DNA of 64,000 bases from Kiritimatiellia bacterium (GTDB taxonomy: Bacteria > Verrucomicrobiota > Kiritimatiellia > JAAZAB01). Positions within the stretch are counted from its first letter, which is position 1. The number at the start of each line of letters is the position of its first letter. Positions 38,802-48,653 of the stretch are shown in pieces. The stretch spans positions 192,001-256,000 of the forward strand of contig JAXGPF010000007.1 of assembly GCA_040767085.1 (NCBI GenBank). The letters are read 5' to 3'. Below the pieces are notes generated by a model, which did not search any database, was not told where the DNA came from, and was given only the letters and a program-made list of their open reading frames with translations. The translations under genes were made by a program, and so were the position numbers.

Positions 38802-40207
38802 CAATACCGGTAATGATCGGGCTTATAGGGGCCGGCCACCGGCACGCCGAGGTAATCCGACTGGCGCCGCGAGAGCCGGTCCAATTGGACGCCCAGCTTG
38901 TCCAGGTGCAAGGCCGCCACTTTTTCGTCGAGATGCTTCGGGAGCACGTGTACCCCCACCGGGTAGGCCGCATGGCGCGTGTACAGTTCCAGTTGCGCCA
39001 GCAGCTGGTTGGTAAAACTGTTGGACATGACGAAGCTGGGATGGCCCGTGGCGCAGCCCAGGTTGACCAGCCGTCCTTCGGCCAGCAGGATGATGCTCTT
39101 GCCGTTGGGAAAGAAGATGCGGTCCACCTGCGGCTTGATTTTTTCCCAGCGGTAACGGCGCAGCTTGTCCACCTCAATTTCCGCGTCGAAATGCCCGATA
39201 TTGCAGACGATCGCCATGTTTTTCATCCGTCGCATGTGTTTTTCGGTGATGACATTGCAGCAGCCGGTGGCGGTGACGAAAACCTCGCCGATGGCGCACG
39301 CATCGTCCATCCGCATGACTTCGTAGCCTTCCATGGCAGCCTGCAAGGCGCAGATCGGGTCAATTTCCGTGACGATCACCCGCGCGCCCTGTCCCCGCAG
39401 CGACTGGCAACTGCCCTTGCCGACATCGCCGTAACCGGCCACAACGGCCACCTTGCCGGCCAGCATGACATCCGTCGCGCGCATGATGCCGTCCACCAGC
39501 GAGTGGCGGCAGCCGTACAGGTTGTCGAACTTGGACTTGGTGACGGAATCATTGACGTTGAAAGCCGGAAACAGCAGTTCCCCTTTTTGATGCATGCGGT
39601 AGAGCCGGTGGACGCCGGTGGTGGTTTCCTCCGAAACGCCCAGCAACGCCGGCCGGAGGCGGTGGAAACGCCGCGGATCGCGCTTGAGGGACAGCCGGAG
39701 CTGGGCCAGCAGGGCCGCTTCATCGGCGCTGCCGGGGCGGCGCTGGAGCACGGCAGGCGATTCCTCGGCCTGGTAGCCCAGGTGGAAAAAGAGCGTAACG
39801 TCGCCGCCGTCATCCAGAAGCATGGTGGGCCCGCGGCCGCCGCCCCAGTCCAGGGTGCGGTCAATGAAATCCCAGTATTCCTTCAGGCTTTCACCCTTGA
39901 AGGCAAAAACCGGGGTGCCGGCGCGGGCCACAGCGGCGGCGGCGTGGTCCTGCGTGGAAAAGACGTTGCAGCTGGCCCAGCGCACACGGGCGCCGAGGGC
40001 TTGGAGCGTCTCGATCAGCACCGCGGTCTGGATTGTCATGTGCAGCGAGCCGGTGACGCGGGCGCCCCGCAGCGGCTGAGCGCGGCCGAACTCGCGGCGC
40101 AAAGCCATCAGCCCGGGCATTTCCTCTTCCGCGCAGGCAATCTCGCGCCGCCCCCACTCCGCCAGGCTCATATCCGCCACTGCGTACCGCGCCGTATTGT
40201 TTTGCAT
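38801..40207 (-). CDS. ahcY: adenosylhomocysteinase
   Basis: [52 protein letters not shown]. Confidence 0.98.
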   Translation of the reverse strand: MQNNTARYAVADMSLAEWGRREIACAEEEMPGLMALRREFGRAQPLRGARVTGSLHMTIQTAVLIETLQALGARVRWASCNVFSTQDHAAAAVARAGTPVFAFKGESLKEYWDFIDRTLDWGGGRGPTMLLDDGGDVTLFFHLGYQAEESPAVLQRRPGSADEAALLAQLRLSLKRDPRRFHRLRPALLGVSEETTTGVHRLYRMHQKGELLFPAFNVNDSVTKSKFDNLYGCRHSLVDGIMRATDVMLAGKVAVVAGYGDVGKGSCQSLRGQGARVIVTEIDPICALQAAMEGYEVMRMDDACAIGEVFVTATGCCNVITEKHMRRMKNMAIVCNIGHFDAEIEVDKLRRYRWEKIKPQVDRIFFPNGKSIILLAEGRLVNLGCATGHPSFVMSNSFTNQLLAQLELYTRHAAYPVGVHVLPKHLDEKVAALHLDKLGVQLDRLSRRQSDYLGVPVAGPYKPDHYRY

Positions 40208-40210
40208 GGC

Positions 40211-41380
40211 TTAAACCGCGTCCTTCAATGCAGCCGCCTTGTCCGTTTTTTCCCAGGTAAAAACATCCAGGTCGCGTTTGCGCCCGAAGTGGCCATAGGC
40301 GGCGGTATGTTTGTAAATCGGCCGTAAAAGTTTCAAATCGGCGATGATAGCGGCCGGTTTCAGGGGAAACACCTTGCGCACGGCCCGGACCAGACGGTCC
40401 TCGGGCACCTTGGCCGTGCCGAAGGTTTCCACCAGCAGCGAAACCGGCTCGGGATATCCGATCGCGTAAGCCACCTGCACTTCGCAACGCCGCGCCAGCC
40501 CGGCTGCCACCACGTTCTTGGCGATATGGCGCGCCTGGTAGGCGGCGCTGCGGTCCACCTTGGAGGGATCCTTGCCCGAGAACGCCCCGCCGCCATGCCG
40601 CCCCATCCCGCCGTAGGTATCGGCGATGATCTTGCGCCCGGTCAATCCGGTGTCGCCATGCGGGCCGCCCACGACAAACCGGCCGGTCGGATTGATCAGG
40701 AACTTGGTCCGGGAAGTCAGCAGGCGGGCCGGCAATTCCCGGCGGATGATGCCGTCAATCATCGCTTCCTTGATCTGGCGGTAGCTGGCGCTTTCGTCGT
40801 GCTGGGTGGAAATCACCACGGCGTCAATATGCGCCGGCCGGCCTTTTTCATAGGCCACGGTCACCTGCGACTTGCCATCCGGGCGCAAAAACGGCAAACT
40901 CTTGTTGCGGCGGGTGCGCGCCAGGGCGCGGGTCAGGCGGTGGGCGGCCATGATCGGCAGCGGCATCAACTCCGGGGTTTCATCGCAAGCGTAGCCGAAC
41001 ATCATGCCCTGGTCGCCCGCGCCCTGTTCCTTGAACAGGCCGGCGCCAGCGGTCACGCCCCGGGAGATATCCGGCGACTGGCGGTCCAGGGCGACCAGAA
41101 CGGCGCAGGCATCGGCGTCAAAGCCCATTGCCGCATCGGTATAGCCGATAGCGCGGACGGTTTCGCGCACAATATCCGACACGTTGAAGACAGCTTTGGT
41201 GGTGATCTGACCGGCGACGACCGCCATGCCCGTGGCCACCAGGGTCTCGCACGCCACACGGCTCCATTTGTCCTGCGCCAGGCAGGCATCCAGCACGGCG
41301 TCGGAAATGGCGTCCGCTACTTTGTCCGGGTGGCCTTCGGTGATTGATTCGGACGTGAAAACATACGCATCGCGGCTCAT
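40211..41380 (-). CDS. metK: S-adenosylmethionine synthase
   Basis: [41 protein letters not shown]. Confidence 0.98.
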   Translation of the reverse strand: MSRDAYVFTSESITEGHPDKVADAISDAVLDACLAQDKWSRVACETLVATGMAVVAGQITTKAVFNVSDIVRETVRAIGYTDAAMGFDADACAVLVALDRQSPDISRGVTAGAGLFKEQGAGDQGMMFGYACDETPELMPLPIMAAHRLTRALARTRRNKSLPFLRPDGKSQVTVAYEKGRPAHIDAVVISTQHDESASYRQIKEAMIDGIIRRELPARLLTSRTKFLINPTGRFVVGGPHGDTGLTGRKIIADTYGGMGRHGGGAFSGKDPSKVDRSAAYQARHIAKNVVAAGLARRCEVQVAYAIGYPEPVSLLVETFGTAKVPEDRLVRAVRKVFPLKPAAIIADLKLLRPIYKHTAAYGHFGRKRDLDVFTWEKTDKAAALKDAV

Positions 41381-41530
41381 GTTAACTCCTTGCGATTACT
41401 CCATATCCCGCTTTATCAAGATCAGATCCAACCGGCCATACCTGGGGCGCGGCGGCCGGCGACACTTCCTCGCCGGGACTGCGCGGCACGCTGCCAAAGC
41501 ATGTTCAGGCATACATCAATCAAAATAGCT

Positions 41531-41560
41531 TTTATAACATAAAAGCGCCAAAAGACGCAA
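41531..41560 (-). promoter_or_regulatory. candidate promoter for metK-ahcY
   Basis: TTGCGT-18 nt-TATAAA with TGn extension on minus strand. Confidence 0.4.
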
Positions 41561-41620
41561 TACATGTTTTGCCGCGTGACGCTTTACCACGGCCGGCGGG
41601 CGTCCCCTGGCTTTCCGGGC

Positions 41621-43420
41621 CTATTGCGCCAGTTCCAGTATTTCCGGTGCCACCTTGCGCGTCAGGGCCAACGACAGGTCATGCACGTCCTCGGGCGAAT
41701 GCGAAACCAGCGCCTGCTCGGCGATCAGCCGTGCTTCGGTGAAACTGACGCTGCAGAGGGCATCCTTCACCCGCAGGTAGGCGGAAGGGCTGACGCTGAG
41801 TTCGTCCACTCCCAATCCCAGCAGCAAAGGCGTCAGCAGCGGATCGCTGGCCATGCCGCCGCAGACACCGGTCCAGATGCCGAACCGGTGGCCGACATCA
41901 ATCGTGTATTTGATCAGCCGCAGGATGGCAGGATGGGTGGGCTCGTAGAGATAGGCCACGCGTTCATTGCCGCGGTCAATCGCCAGGGTGTATTGGATCA
42001 AGTCGTTGGTGCCCAGGCTGAAAAACTGGACGTACGGCGCCAGCATATCGGCCACGATTGCGGCGGACGGCACCTCGATCATGGCGCCCACCTGGATATG
42101 GGGATTGAAGGGGTGTCCGCGTTCGAACAACTCCTTCTTGGCCTGGTCCAGAATGACATTCGCCCGCACGATTTCATCAATGGTGCTGATCATGGGGTAC
42201 ATGATGCGCACATTGCCGCAGACGCTGGCCCTTAAAATCGCGCGCAACTGGGTGCGGAACATGTCCGGCTGGGCCAGGCAGAAGCGGATGGCGCGCCAGC
42301 CCATGAACGGATTGGATTCATCCCAGGCCACATCCATGTTCTTCAGAATCTTATCCCCGCCCAAGTCAAGGGTGCGGATGATCATGGGGGCGGGCGCAAT
42401 GCGCTGGGCCACGCTGCGGTAGGCTTCGAACTGTTCTTCTTCCGATGGCACCTCGCTGTGCGACATGTAAAAATATTCCGTGCGGAACAGGCCGATGCCT
42501 TCCGCCCCGCAATGGACTACCGTCTCAACGTCCTGCGGCACTTCGATGTTGGCGGACAGGGCGATGCGGTAGCCGTCGCGGGTTTGCGCGGGGCGGTCTT
42601 TGAGTTTTTCCAGATTTGACTCGATGCCCCGCCGCGTTTCGTCGTCGCGCCGGGCCTGCGTGCAACGTTCGGCGGAGGGCCGCAACACCGCCAGGCCCTT
42701 GGCGCCGTCCACCAGGATCGTATCGCCGGCGCGGACCTCGCGGCTGAGAGTATGCAGACCCAGCACCGCGGGAATGCCCAGTTTGGCGGCCAGGATGGCG
42801 GCATGCGCCGTGGCGCTGCCCAGGTCGAGGGCCAGGCCGATGACGCGGCTTTTGTCAATGGAAACGATTTCCGAGGGCGCCAGATCGCTCGCTACCAGCA
42901 CGACGTCCTTGGCCGCGGCATCGTCCGGCGACGCCTGGCGGCCGACGAGGTTATGGAGGATGCGGCGGGTGACATCCTGAACGTCCGCCACGCGTTCGCG
43001 CACGTATTCGTCCTTGACCCGGGCCAGGGCCTGCATGAAACCGCGCGCCACATCCTGCAGGATTACCTCGACGTTGCGGCGCCGGTTTTCAATGCCGGTG
43101 ATGACATTTTCGATGAACGGCCGGTCATCGAGAATCAGCAGGTGGGCATCGAAAATGCTGGCCACTGCCGGATCGCATTCCTGCTGGAATTCGCGCAACT
43201 GGCGGCGCGTGGCAATCAAGGCGGACTCAAACCGGGCGATTTCGCGGGGGACATCCGCCGGTAAAATTTCCCGCTCCAACACCCGGTCATCGTGGGCCTG
43301 CTTGAGGAAGACGCGGCCCAGGGCCAGCCCCGGCGACACGCCGATGCCGCGGAACAGGCGTTCTTCAGCGGGCGCATCCGGCGCGGATATACTTTCGGGT
43401 GGGTTGGCCATGCCGGTCAT
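41621..43420 (-). CDS. ptsI: PTS enzyme I
   Basis: GSATAHAAI phospho-His, GIGLFRTE, RTLDLGGDK, NPFMGWRAIR, SLGTNDLIQY. Confidence 0.97.
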   Translation of the reverse strand: MTGMANPPESISAPDAPAEERLFRGIGVSPGLALGRVFLKQAHDDRVLEREILPADVPREIARFESALIATRRQLREFQQECDPAVASIFDAHLLILDDRPFIENVITGIENRRRNVEVILQDVARGFMQALARVKDEYVRERVADVQDVTRRILHNLVGRQASPDDAAAKDVVLVASDLAPSEIVSIDKSRVIGLALDLGSATAHAAILAAKLGIPAVLGLHTLSREVRAGDTILVDGAKGLAVLRPSAERCTQARRDDETRRGIESNLEKLKDRPAQTRDGYRIALSANIEVPQDVETVVHCGAEGIGLFRTEYFYMSHSEVPSEEEQFEAYRSVAQRIAPAPMIIRTLDLGGDKILKNMDVAWDESNPFMGWRAIRFCLAQPDMFRTQLRAILRASVCGNVRIMYPMISTIDEIVRANVILDQAKKELFERGHPFNPHIQVGAMIEVPSAAIVADMLAPYVQFFSLGTNDLIQYTLAIDRGNERVAYLYEPTHPAILRLIKYTIDVGHRFGIWTGVCGGMASDPLLTPLLLGLGVDELSVSPSAYLRVKDALCSVSFTEARLIAEQALVSHSPEDVHDLSLALTRKVAPEILELAQ

Positions 43421-43728
43421 TCTTCATAAAACTTCTGTTCGAAAAGAGCCTGCAGGGCATCCAGCGCCTCCTCGGCATCGCGCCCTTCGGCGATGACCTT
43501 GAGTTTGACGCCGAAGCCGGCTTCCAGGGTCATCAGGCCCATGATGCTTTTGCCGGAAACCTTGTTGTCGCCCTTGACTACCGTAATATCGCTCTGGAAA
43601 CGGGAAGCGGTTTTGACCAGCATGGCCGCCGGCCGGGCATGGATGCCGTATTGATTGCGGATGACAAATTCGCGCAAGACCACATTGGACCAGACTGCGG
43701 CGGAATTCTTCGCGTTATGACTTCCCAT
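43417..43728 (-). CDS. ptsH: HPr phosphocarrier protein
   Basis: GIHARPA and GKSIMGLM motifs. Confidence 0.96.
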   Translation of the reverse strand: MGSHNAKNSAAVWSNVVLREFVIRNQYGIHARPAAMLVKTASRFQSDITVVKGDNKVSGKSIMGLMTLEAGFGVKLKVIAEGRDAEEALDALQALFEQKFYEE

Positions 43729-44662
43729 GTGCCACTCCCTTTGCCATCACGGCCACCAGTTTTTCATCGAGTTCCTTGGCGGCATCATGTCCCAGGCGTT
43801 TCAATTTCTCGTTCAGCGCGGCAACTTCGATCACCTTGGCCAATTCCCGCCCCGCCGCCACCGGCACGATCAAATGCGGGATGGACACCCCCAGAATTTC
43901 GCGGAAGCGCGTGGCCATCCGATCGTCGCCTTCCTCAAACTCTTCAAATTTACGCAAAGTCGCCACCAGATCAAGTTGCTTCTGATCGCGCACCGCCGCC
44001 ACGCCGAACAGGCTGGGCACATGGATAATGCCCAGGCCGCGGATTTCCAGGTGGTAACGGGTCACGCCGGTGGCGGCGCCGATCACCGTGCGGTCATCGG
44101 TGCGCCGCAGCATGGTCACGTCATCCGCCACCAGGCTGTGGCCGCGGGAAACCAAGGCCAGGGCCGCCTCGCTTTTACCGATGCCCGGCTGGCCTTCAAT
44201 CAAAACGCCGATGCCCATGATGTCCACCATGGTCCCCTGCAGATTCATCCGGGGCGCCATCAGGTTTTCCATGACCAGCGTGGCGTGGTTGACGAACGCG
44301 CCGGTAATCATGGGGGTGCGCATCACCGGCACGCGGAATTCTTCCGCCAATTGTGCGATTTCCGGCCAGAAGCGGCGGTTGCGGCAGATGACCAGACAGG
44401 GAATCCGGCTGGCGAACAGCCGGCGCAGCGCGGCGCGGCGCCGGGTTTCATCCAGGTGCTGCAGAAAATCGTTTTCCGCCAAACCCAGCACCTGGATGCG
44501 CCGATGGGCAAAATGGCGGTAAAAGCCGGCCAGCGCCAGGCCCGGCCGGTGGATGGCCGGCTCATGGATCGCCCGCCCGATGCCGCCGGCGCCGTGCGCC
44601 ATTTCCAGCGCCAGGTTGGCGCGCGATGCCTCTAAAAAATCCCCGACGGTAATAGCCTTCAT
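43715..44662 (-). CDS. hprK: HPr(Ser) kinase/phosphorylase
   Basis: HRPGLALAGF, GQPGIGKSE, LVADD, EIRGLGII. Confidence 0.96.
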   Translation of the reverse strand: MKAITVGDFLEASRANLALEMAHGAGGIGRAIHEPAIHRPGLALAGFYRHFAHRRIQVLGLAENDFLQHLDETRRRAALRRLFASRIPCLVICRNRRFWPEIAQLAEEFRVPVMRTPMITGAFVNHATLVMENLMAPRMNLQGTMVDIMGIGVLIEGQPGIGKSEAALALVSRGHSLVADDVTMLRRTDDRTVIGAATGVTRYHLEIRGLGIIHVPSLFGVAAVRDQKQLDLVATLRKFEEFEEGDDRMATRFREILGVSIPHLIVPVAAGRELAKVIEVAALNEKLKRLGHDAAKELDEKLVAVMAKGVAHGKS

Positions 44663-44701
44663 TCTACCAATCCTCATGCGCGGCCGTCGCCGCTCTCCCG
44701 G

Positions 44702-45055
44702 TCATTCCGCCGGCGGGTTCTTTTCGCGATCCACCAGGCGTTCGCGATGCGCGGGAATCTTGTGATCCACTACTTTGTCCCGGGCGCGGCGGAGTTGGCG
44801 ATCTATCTTTTCCGCCACGGCATCAACGGATTTGTACATGTCGTCCGTTTCAGCCTTGGCTTCGCCCGACAGGTACTGCTTGCCCTGCACGACGACTTGA
44901 GCCCAATGGCGGAATTTTTCCACGCCCAGAATGACATGCGCGTGCTCCACCGCCGGGTATTCGGCCAGCACCGGCATCAGCCGCCCCTGCACATATTCGC
45001 GGATGGCATCCGTGACTTCCAAGTGGCGGCTGGTAATTTGAATGATCATCTTCAT
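44702..45055 (-). CDS. hpf: ribosome hibernation promoting factor (short HPF/RaiA)
   Basis: ITSRHLEVTDAIREY, DMYKSVD..KIDRQLRR. Confidence 0.92.
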   Translation of the reverse strand: MKMIIQITSRHLEVTDAIREYVQGRLMPVLAEYPAVEHAHVILGVEKFRHWAQVVVQGKQYLSGEAKAETDDMYKSVDAVAEKIDRQLRRARDKVVDHKIPAHRERLVDREKNPPAE

Positions 45056-45170
45056 GTCTCCTTCGATTTATTGCGCTGCACTCTCATGCGGACTGACGCC
45101 CGCAACCCGTCCAACCGCGGATTGCCGAATGATGATCGCCGAATAATGCAGGACTGAGCCTTTATTGACT

Positions 45171-45199
45171 GCTATATTACGCGGCTCAACATTCGTCAA
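45171..45199 (-). promoter_or_regulatory. candidate promoter for hpf-hprK-ptsH-ptsI
   Basis: TTGACG-17 nt-TATAGC on minus strand. Confidence 0.35.
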
Positions 45200-45273
45200 T
45201 TTGCGGTTAAATTTTTCTTGTTTCCCTTGACAGCCTTTCAGCGATACGGCGTTCAAACCGCACGCAAGGGAGG

Positions 45274-46008
45274 CTACATGCTGAAACGCGGCCCCAGATA
45301 TAATTCGCGGCTGAGCTGGTCATCTATCAAAAACGAGCTGGATCCCTCCCGCAGGACCTTGCCCTCGCAAATCAGGTAAGCGCGGTCAACGATCGTCAGG
45401 GTTTCCCGCACATTGTGGTCGGTAATCAGAATCGCGAGGCCTTTCCGCTTCAACTCCCGGATGATTTCCTGCACATCGTAAACGGCCAGCGGGTCCACTC
45501 CGCTGAACGGCTCGTCCAGCAGAATGGCGGAGGGATTGGTCACCAGAGCCCGGGTGATTTCCAGGCGGCGCCGCTCGCCGCCGCTGAGGGTATAGGCATA
45601 CTGGTTGGCCAGGTGGCTGATATCCAGTTCGCGCAGCAGCTCCTCCAGGCGGCTCCGGCGTTCCGCGCGCGACAGCGGCAGCATTTCCAGGATGGCCATG
45701 ACGTTTTCCGCCACCGTCAGCTTGCGGAAAATCGAGGGCTCCTGGGAAAGGTATCCCATTCCCAGGCGCGCCCGCTGGTGCATCGGCAAACGGGTGACAT
45801 CCCGCTGGTTAAAGAGCACGCGCCCCTCAAAGGGCGCGATGAGGCCGACAATCATGTAGAAGGTCGTGGTTTTGCCGGCGCCGTTGGGCCCCAGCAGGCC
45901 GACCACCTCACCCCGCCGGACATTGATGCATGCGCCGTCTACGACGCGGCGACCATGGTAAATCTTGACGAGATTTTCCGTTAAGATCAGCGGTTGTTCA
46001 TCGGCCAT
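45274..46008 (-). CDS. lptB: LPS export ABC ATPase
   Basis: GPNGAGKTTTFY, QEPSIFRKL, LSGGERRRLEI, DEPF, TDHNVRETL. Confidence 0.97.
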   Translation of the reverse strand: MADEQPLILTENLVKIYHGRRVVDGACINVRRGEVVGLLGPNGAGKTTTFYMIVGLIAPFEGRVLFNQRDVTRLPMHQRARLGMGYLSQEPSIFRKLTVAENVMAILEMLPLSRAERRSRLEELLRELDISHLANQYAYTLSGGERRRLEITRALVTNPSAILLDEPFSGVDPLAVYDVQEIIRELKRKGLAILITDHNVRETLTIVDRAYLICEGKVLREGSSSFLIDDQLSRELYLGPRFSM

Positions 46009-46023
46009 ATAATCCAATCCCTG

Positions 46024-46527
46024 TCATTTGCGGTCCATGATCCCGGTCAGCGCCTCGCGCTCGGAATGCAGCACCAGGCGGGCGTTCGGTTCGCACAGGA
46101 TGCGGCTGGAATCGCGCCAGAAGGTGATGGTTTCGCCGGTCAGCATATCGCGCCCGCGGCGGACGAGCGGGTTGACGGACAAGACCACCTTGCCCTCCGC
46201 CACGTCGTAATCCGCGCGGCCGCCGCTGGCCGCCAGTTGTTCCTGCTCGATCTGGACCCGCCCCTCGGCAAACAGCTTCTGCACCTGGTTGTCCTCGGTG
46301 AAGATGACCGTCAGCCGGTCGGACTTGATCCGTATCTGGGGGTCCACCACCAGCACATCGCCGTCAAACACCGCTTCGCGCTTTTTCTGTTCGAAATTCA
46401 AACTGCGGGAAGTGATGACCGTGCCGGCATCTTCCCCGGCAGCCACGGCGCCGGTCGTCTCGGCGGCAACCGCCGGAGCGGCGGCCAGGCTCAGGCAAAA
46501 CGCCAAAATATAATACTTGGTTTTCAT
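46024..46527 (-). CDS. lptA: LptA/OstA family periplasmic LPS transport protein
   Basis: Signal peptide from MKTKYY; AVFDGDV, AEGRVQI, LTGETI; position before lptB. Confidence 0.85.
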   Translation of the reverse strand: MKTKYYILAFCLSLAAAPAVAAETTGAVAAGEDAGTVITSRSLNFEQKKREAVFDGDVLVVDPQIRIKSDRLTVIFTEDNQVQKLFAEGRVQIEQEQLAASGGRADYDVAEGKVVLSVNPLVRRGRDMLTGETITFWRDSSRILCEPNARLVLHSEREALTGIMDRK

Positions 46528-46955
46528 TCTTGCGTCATTTTTTTCAAGACTACCCTGGTATTGTTGCTGATGGCAAACGAGCCGTCGGCGGCCCGCCACA
46601 CGAATCCTTCCCCGGACAGCACGGCTTCCGCGCGCGCGATGGTCACGGCGGAAGTCGAGGTGGCCACGCGCCGGGCGCGATCGAACAGGCAATCGGGAGC
46701 GCTGATTTCGGTGACCGCCCGGCCCTCTTCGTAGAACACCATATGCAAATTTTTAATGCGGATCAAGTCCTGCGACTGCGCCTGAGCCTCGTCGCCGGCC
46801 ACTTCCATTTTCAAACGGCCCTGCTCGTCGTATTCCGGGTAGCGGAACCCCCTGATCAAGGTCAAATTGGGGTCCGCCGCGGCCAGGGCGCCGGCCAGCG
46901 CCGCGCACCAGACCGCCGCCCAAAACCGCTTTTCATCTGGCCTGCCCCGCCCCAT
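46524..46955 (-). CDS. lptC: LptC-like protein
   Basis: N-terminal hydrophobic segment, beta-jellyroll-like sequence, kdsA-lptC-lptA-lptB order; start uncertain. Confidence 0.7.
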   Translation of the reverse strand: MGRGRPDEKRFWAAVWCAALAGALAAADPNLTLIRGFRYPEYDEQGRLKMEVAGDEAQAQSQDLIRIKNLHMVFYEEGRAVTEISAPDCLFDRARRVATSTSAVTIARAEAVLSGEGFVWRAADGSFAISNNTRVVLKKMTQE

Positions 46956-47004
46956 CGCAACCCCTTTAAGCGGCGCGCAGCGGCCGCGGTTCATATGCAT
47001 TGTT

Positions 47005-47823
47005 CTAGCCGCGGACAATTATATCAATCCGCCGCAAATTTTTCCAGCACGATTTGAGGGCGGACAAGGGCATGACCGTCGCGGCGTCCGACAGCGCGCG
47101 CGCCGGCGCGGAGTGCGTCTCGATGAAAACGGCATCGCAGCCTACCGCCACCGCGCCCCGCGCCAGCGGCGCCGCCCAGCGCGCATCGCCGCCGCTGTGC
47201 GAACCGGCCTTGCCCGGCAGCTGCACGCTATGCGTCGCGTCAAATACCACCGGGTAGCCGAGTTCGCGCATGATCAGCAGACTGCGCATGTCGGCCACCA
47301 GGTTGTTGTAACCGAAGGAAACGCCGCGTTCGACGAGCATGATCTGGCGGTTGCCGGTGCTTTCCAGCTTGGCGACCACGGCCGCCATATCCCAGGGCGC
47401 CAGGAACTGCCCTTTTTTGATGTTGACCGGCCGGCCGGATTCGCCCAGGGCCAGGACCAGGTCGGTCTGCCGGCATAAAAACGCGGGGCATTGCAGCGCG
47501 TCCGCGACGCGCGCCGCCAGCGGCACTTCGGTTTCGCTGTGGACATCCGTCAGGACGGGCAGGCCGTACCGTTCCTTCACTTCGCGCAGGATCTCGAGGC
47601 CGCGCACCAAGCCCGGCCCGCGGAAGGAAGTATGCGCGGAGCGGTTGGCCTTGTCGTAGGAAGCCTTGAAAATCAGGGGGATTTTTTCCGCCGCCGCGAG
47701 CCGCGCCAGGCGGCCCGCCAGTTGCAGACAGTGCTTCCGGCTTTCAATGACACAGGGGCCGGCGATTAAAGCCAGCGGATGCCCCGCGCCGATCCTGATT
47801 TTTCCAATTTTCACAGTGCGCAT
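47005..47823 (-). CDS. kdsA: KDO-8-phosphate synthase
   Basis: IAGPCVIE, KASYDKANRS, PAFLCRQT, KKGQF, FDATHSVQ. Confidence 0.97.
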   Translation of the reverse strand: MRTVKIGKIRIGAGHPLALIAGPCVIESRKHCLQLAGRLARLAAAEKIPLIFKASYDKANRSAHTSFRGPGLVRGLEILREVKERYGLPVLTDVHSETEVPLAARVADALQCPAFLCRQTDLVLALGESGRPVNIKKGQFLAPWDMAAVVAKLESTGNRQIMLVERGVSFGYNNLVADMRSLLIMRELGYPVVFDATHSVQLPGKAGSHSGGDARWAAPLARGAVAVGCDAVFIETHSAPARALSDAATVMPLSALKSCWKNLRRIDIIVRG

Positions 47824-47846
47824 GCAGTGCTCCTGTTCCGGTATTC

Positions 47847-48602
47847 CTATCGCGCCAGCCCCGCCCGCCGCAGGGCCGCCTCCGCCGCAGGCACATCCGC
47901 CGGGGTGTCCACCCCCACGCCGGCATAATCGGTCTGGACCACGCCGATGCGCCCGCCGATATGCAAAGCCCGCAGTTGTTCCAGGCACTCCGCCCGCTCC
48001 AGCAGGCTGGGCGGTTCGCGCACCAGCTGCTCCAGGAATGCGCGGCGGTAAAGGTATATGCCGATATGCCGCCAGTGCAAAGGTCCGGCATGCCGGAACT
48101 GCGCATCGCGCAGAAATGGAATCGGATGGCGTGAAAAATACAGCGCCCGTCCAGCGGCATCGAACACCACTTTGCAGACCGAAGGACTGGCCAGCAAGGC
48201 GGCATCCGCCGGCGCCGCGAGCGGCGCCGCCGCCGTGACCATGTCCCAGTCGGCCGCCCCGGCCGTGTTCACCAACCGGTCAATCAATCCCGGATCCATC
48301 AACGGTTCGTCCCCCTGGATGTTCACCACCAGGTCCGCGTCCATCCCCCGCACCACTTCCGCCGCGCGGTCGGTGCCGGAAGGATGCGCGGCGGAAGTCA
48401 TGACCGTCCGGGCGCCGCAGGCCGCGGCCGCCTGCCGGATGCGCTCGTCATCCGTGGCCACCACCAGTTCATCCAGCCGCCGCGCCAGGCGGCTGCGCTC
48501 CCAGACCCACTGCACCAGTGGTTTGCCGCAAAGCCGCACCAGCCCTTTGCCGGGAAACCGCGTGGAGCCCCAGCGCGCCGGTATTACACCGATCGTTTTC
48601 AT
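47847..48602 (-). CDS. kdsB: CMP-KDO synthetase
   Basis: IPARWGSTRFPGK, SGTDR, NIQGDEP, ALYFSR, LEQLRAL. Confidence 0.97.
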   Translation of the reverse strand: MKTIGVIPARWGSTRFPGKGLVRLCGKPLVQWVWERSRLARRLDELVVATDDERIRQAAAACGARTVMTSAAHPSGTDRAAEVVRGMDADLVVNIQGDEPLMDPGLIDRLVNTAGAADWDMVTAAAPLAAPADAALLASPSVCKVVFDAAGRALYFSRHPIPFLRDAQFRHAGPLHWRHIGIYLYRRAFLEQLVREPPSLLERAECLEQLRALHIGGRIGVVQTDYAGVGVDTPADVPAAEAALRRAGLAR

Positions 48603-48613
48603 CTTTTATCTAC

Positions 48614-48653
48614 CCTCTGTGCCTCTATCCCTCTGTGCCTTTACCGCTTTACC
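48614..48653. repeat. 5x 8-bp periodic tandem repeat between hldA and kdsB
   Basis: CCTCTGTG-CCTCTATC-CCTCTGTG-CCTTTACC-GCTTTACC. Confidence 0.75.

Noticed and set aside
41405-41430. SAM-I riboswitch suggested by TTATCAAGA
   Set aside because: The word is on the strand opposite to metK and the other SAM-I elements are absent
46920-46940. Possible homopolymer frameshift at the lptC start (ATGAAAAGCGG)
   Set aside because: An in-frame ATG at 46955 with a purine-rich RBS gives an intact ORF
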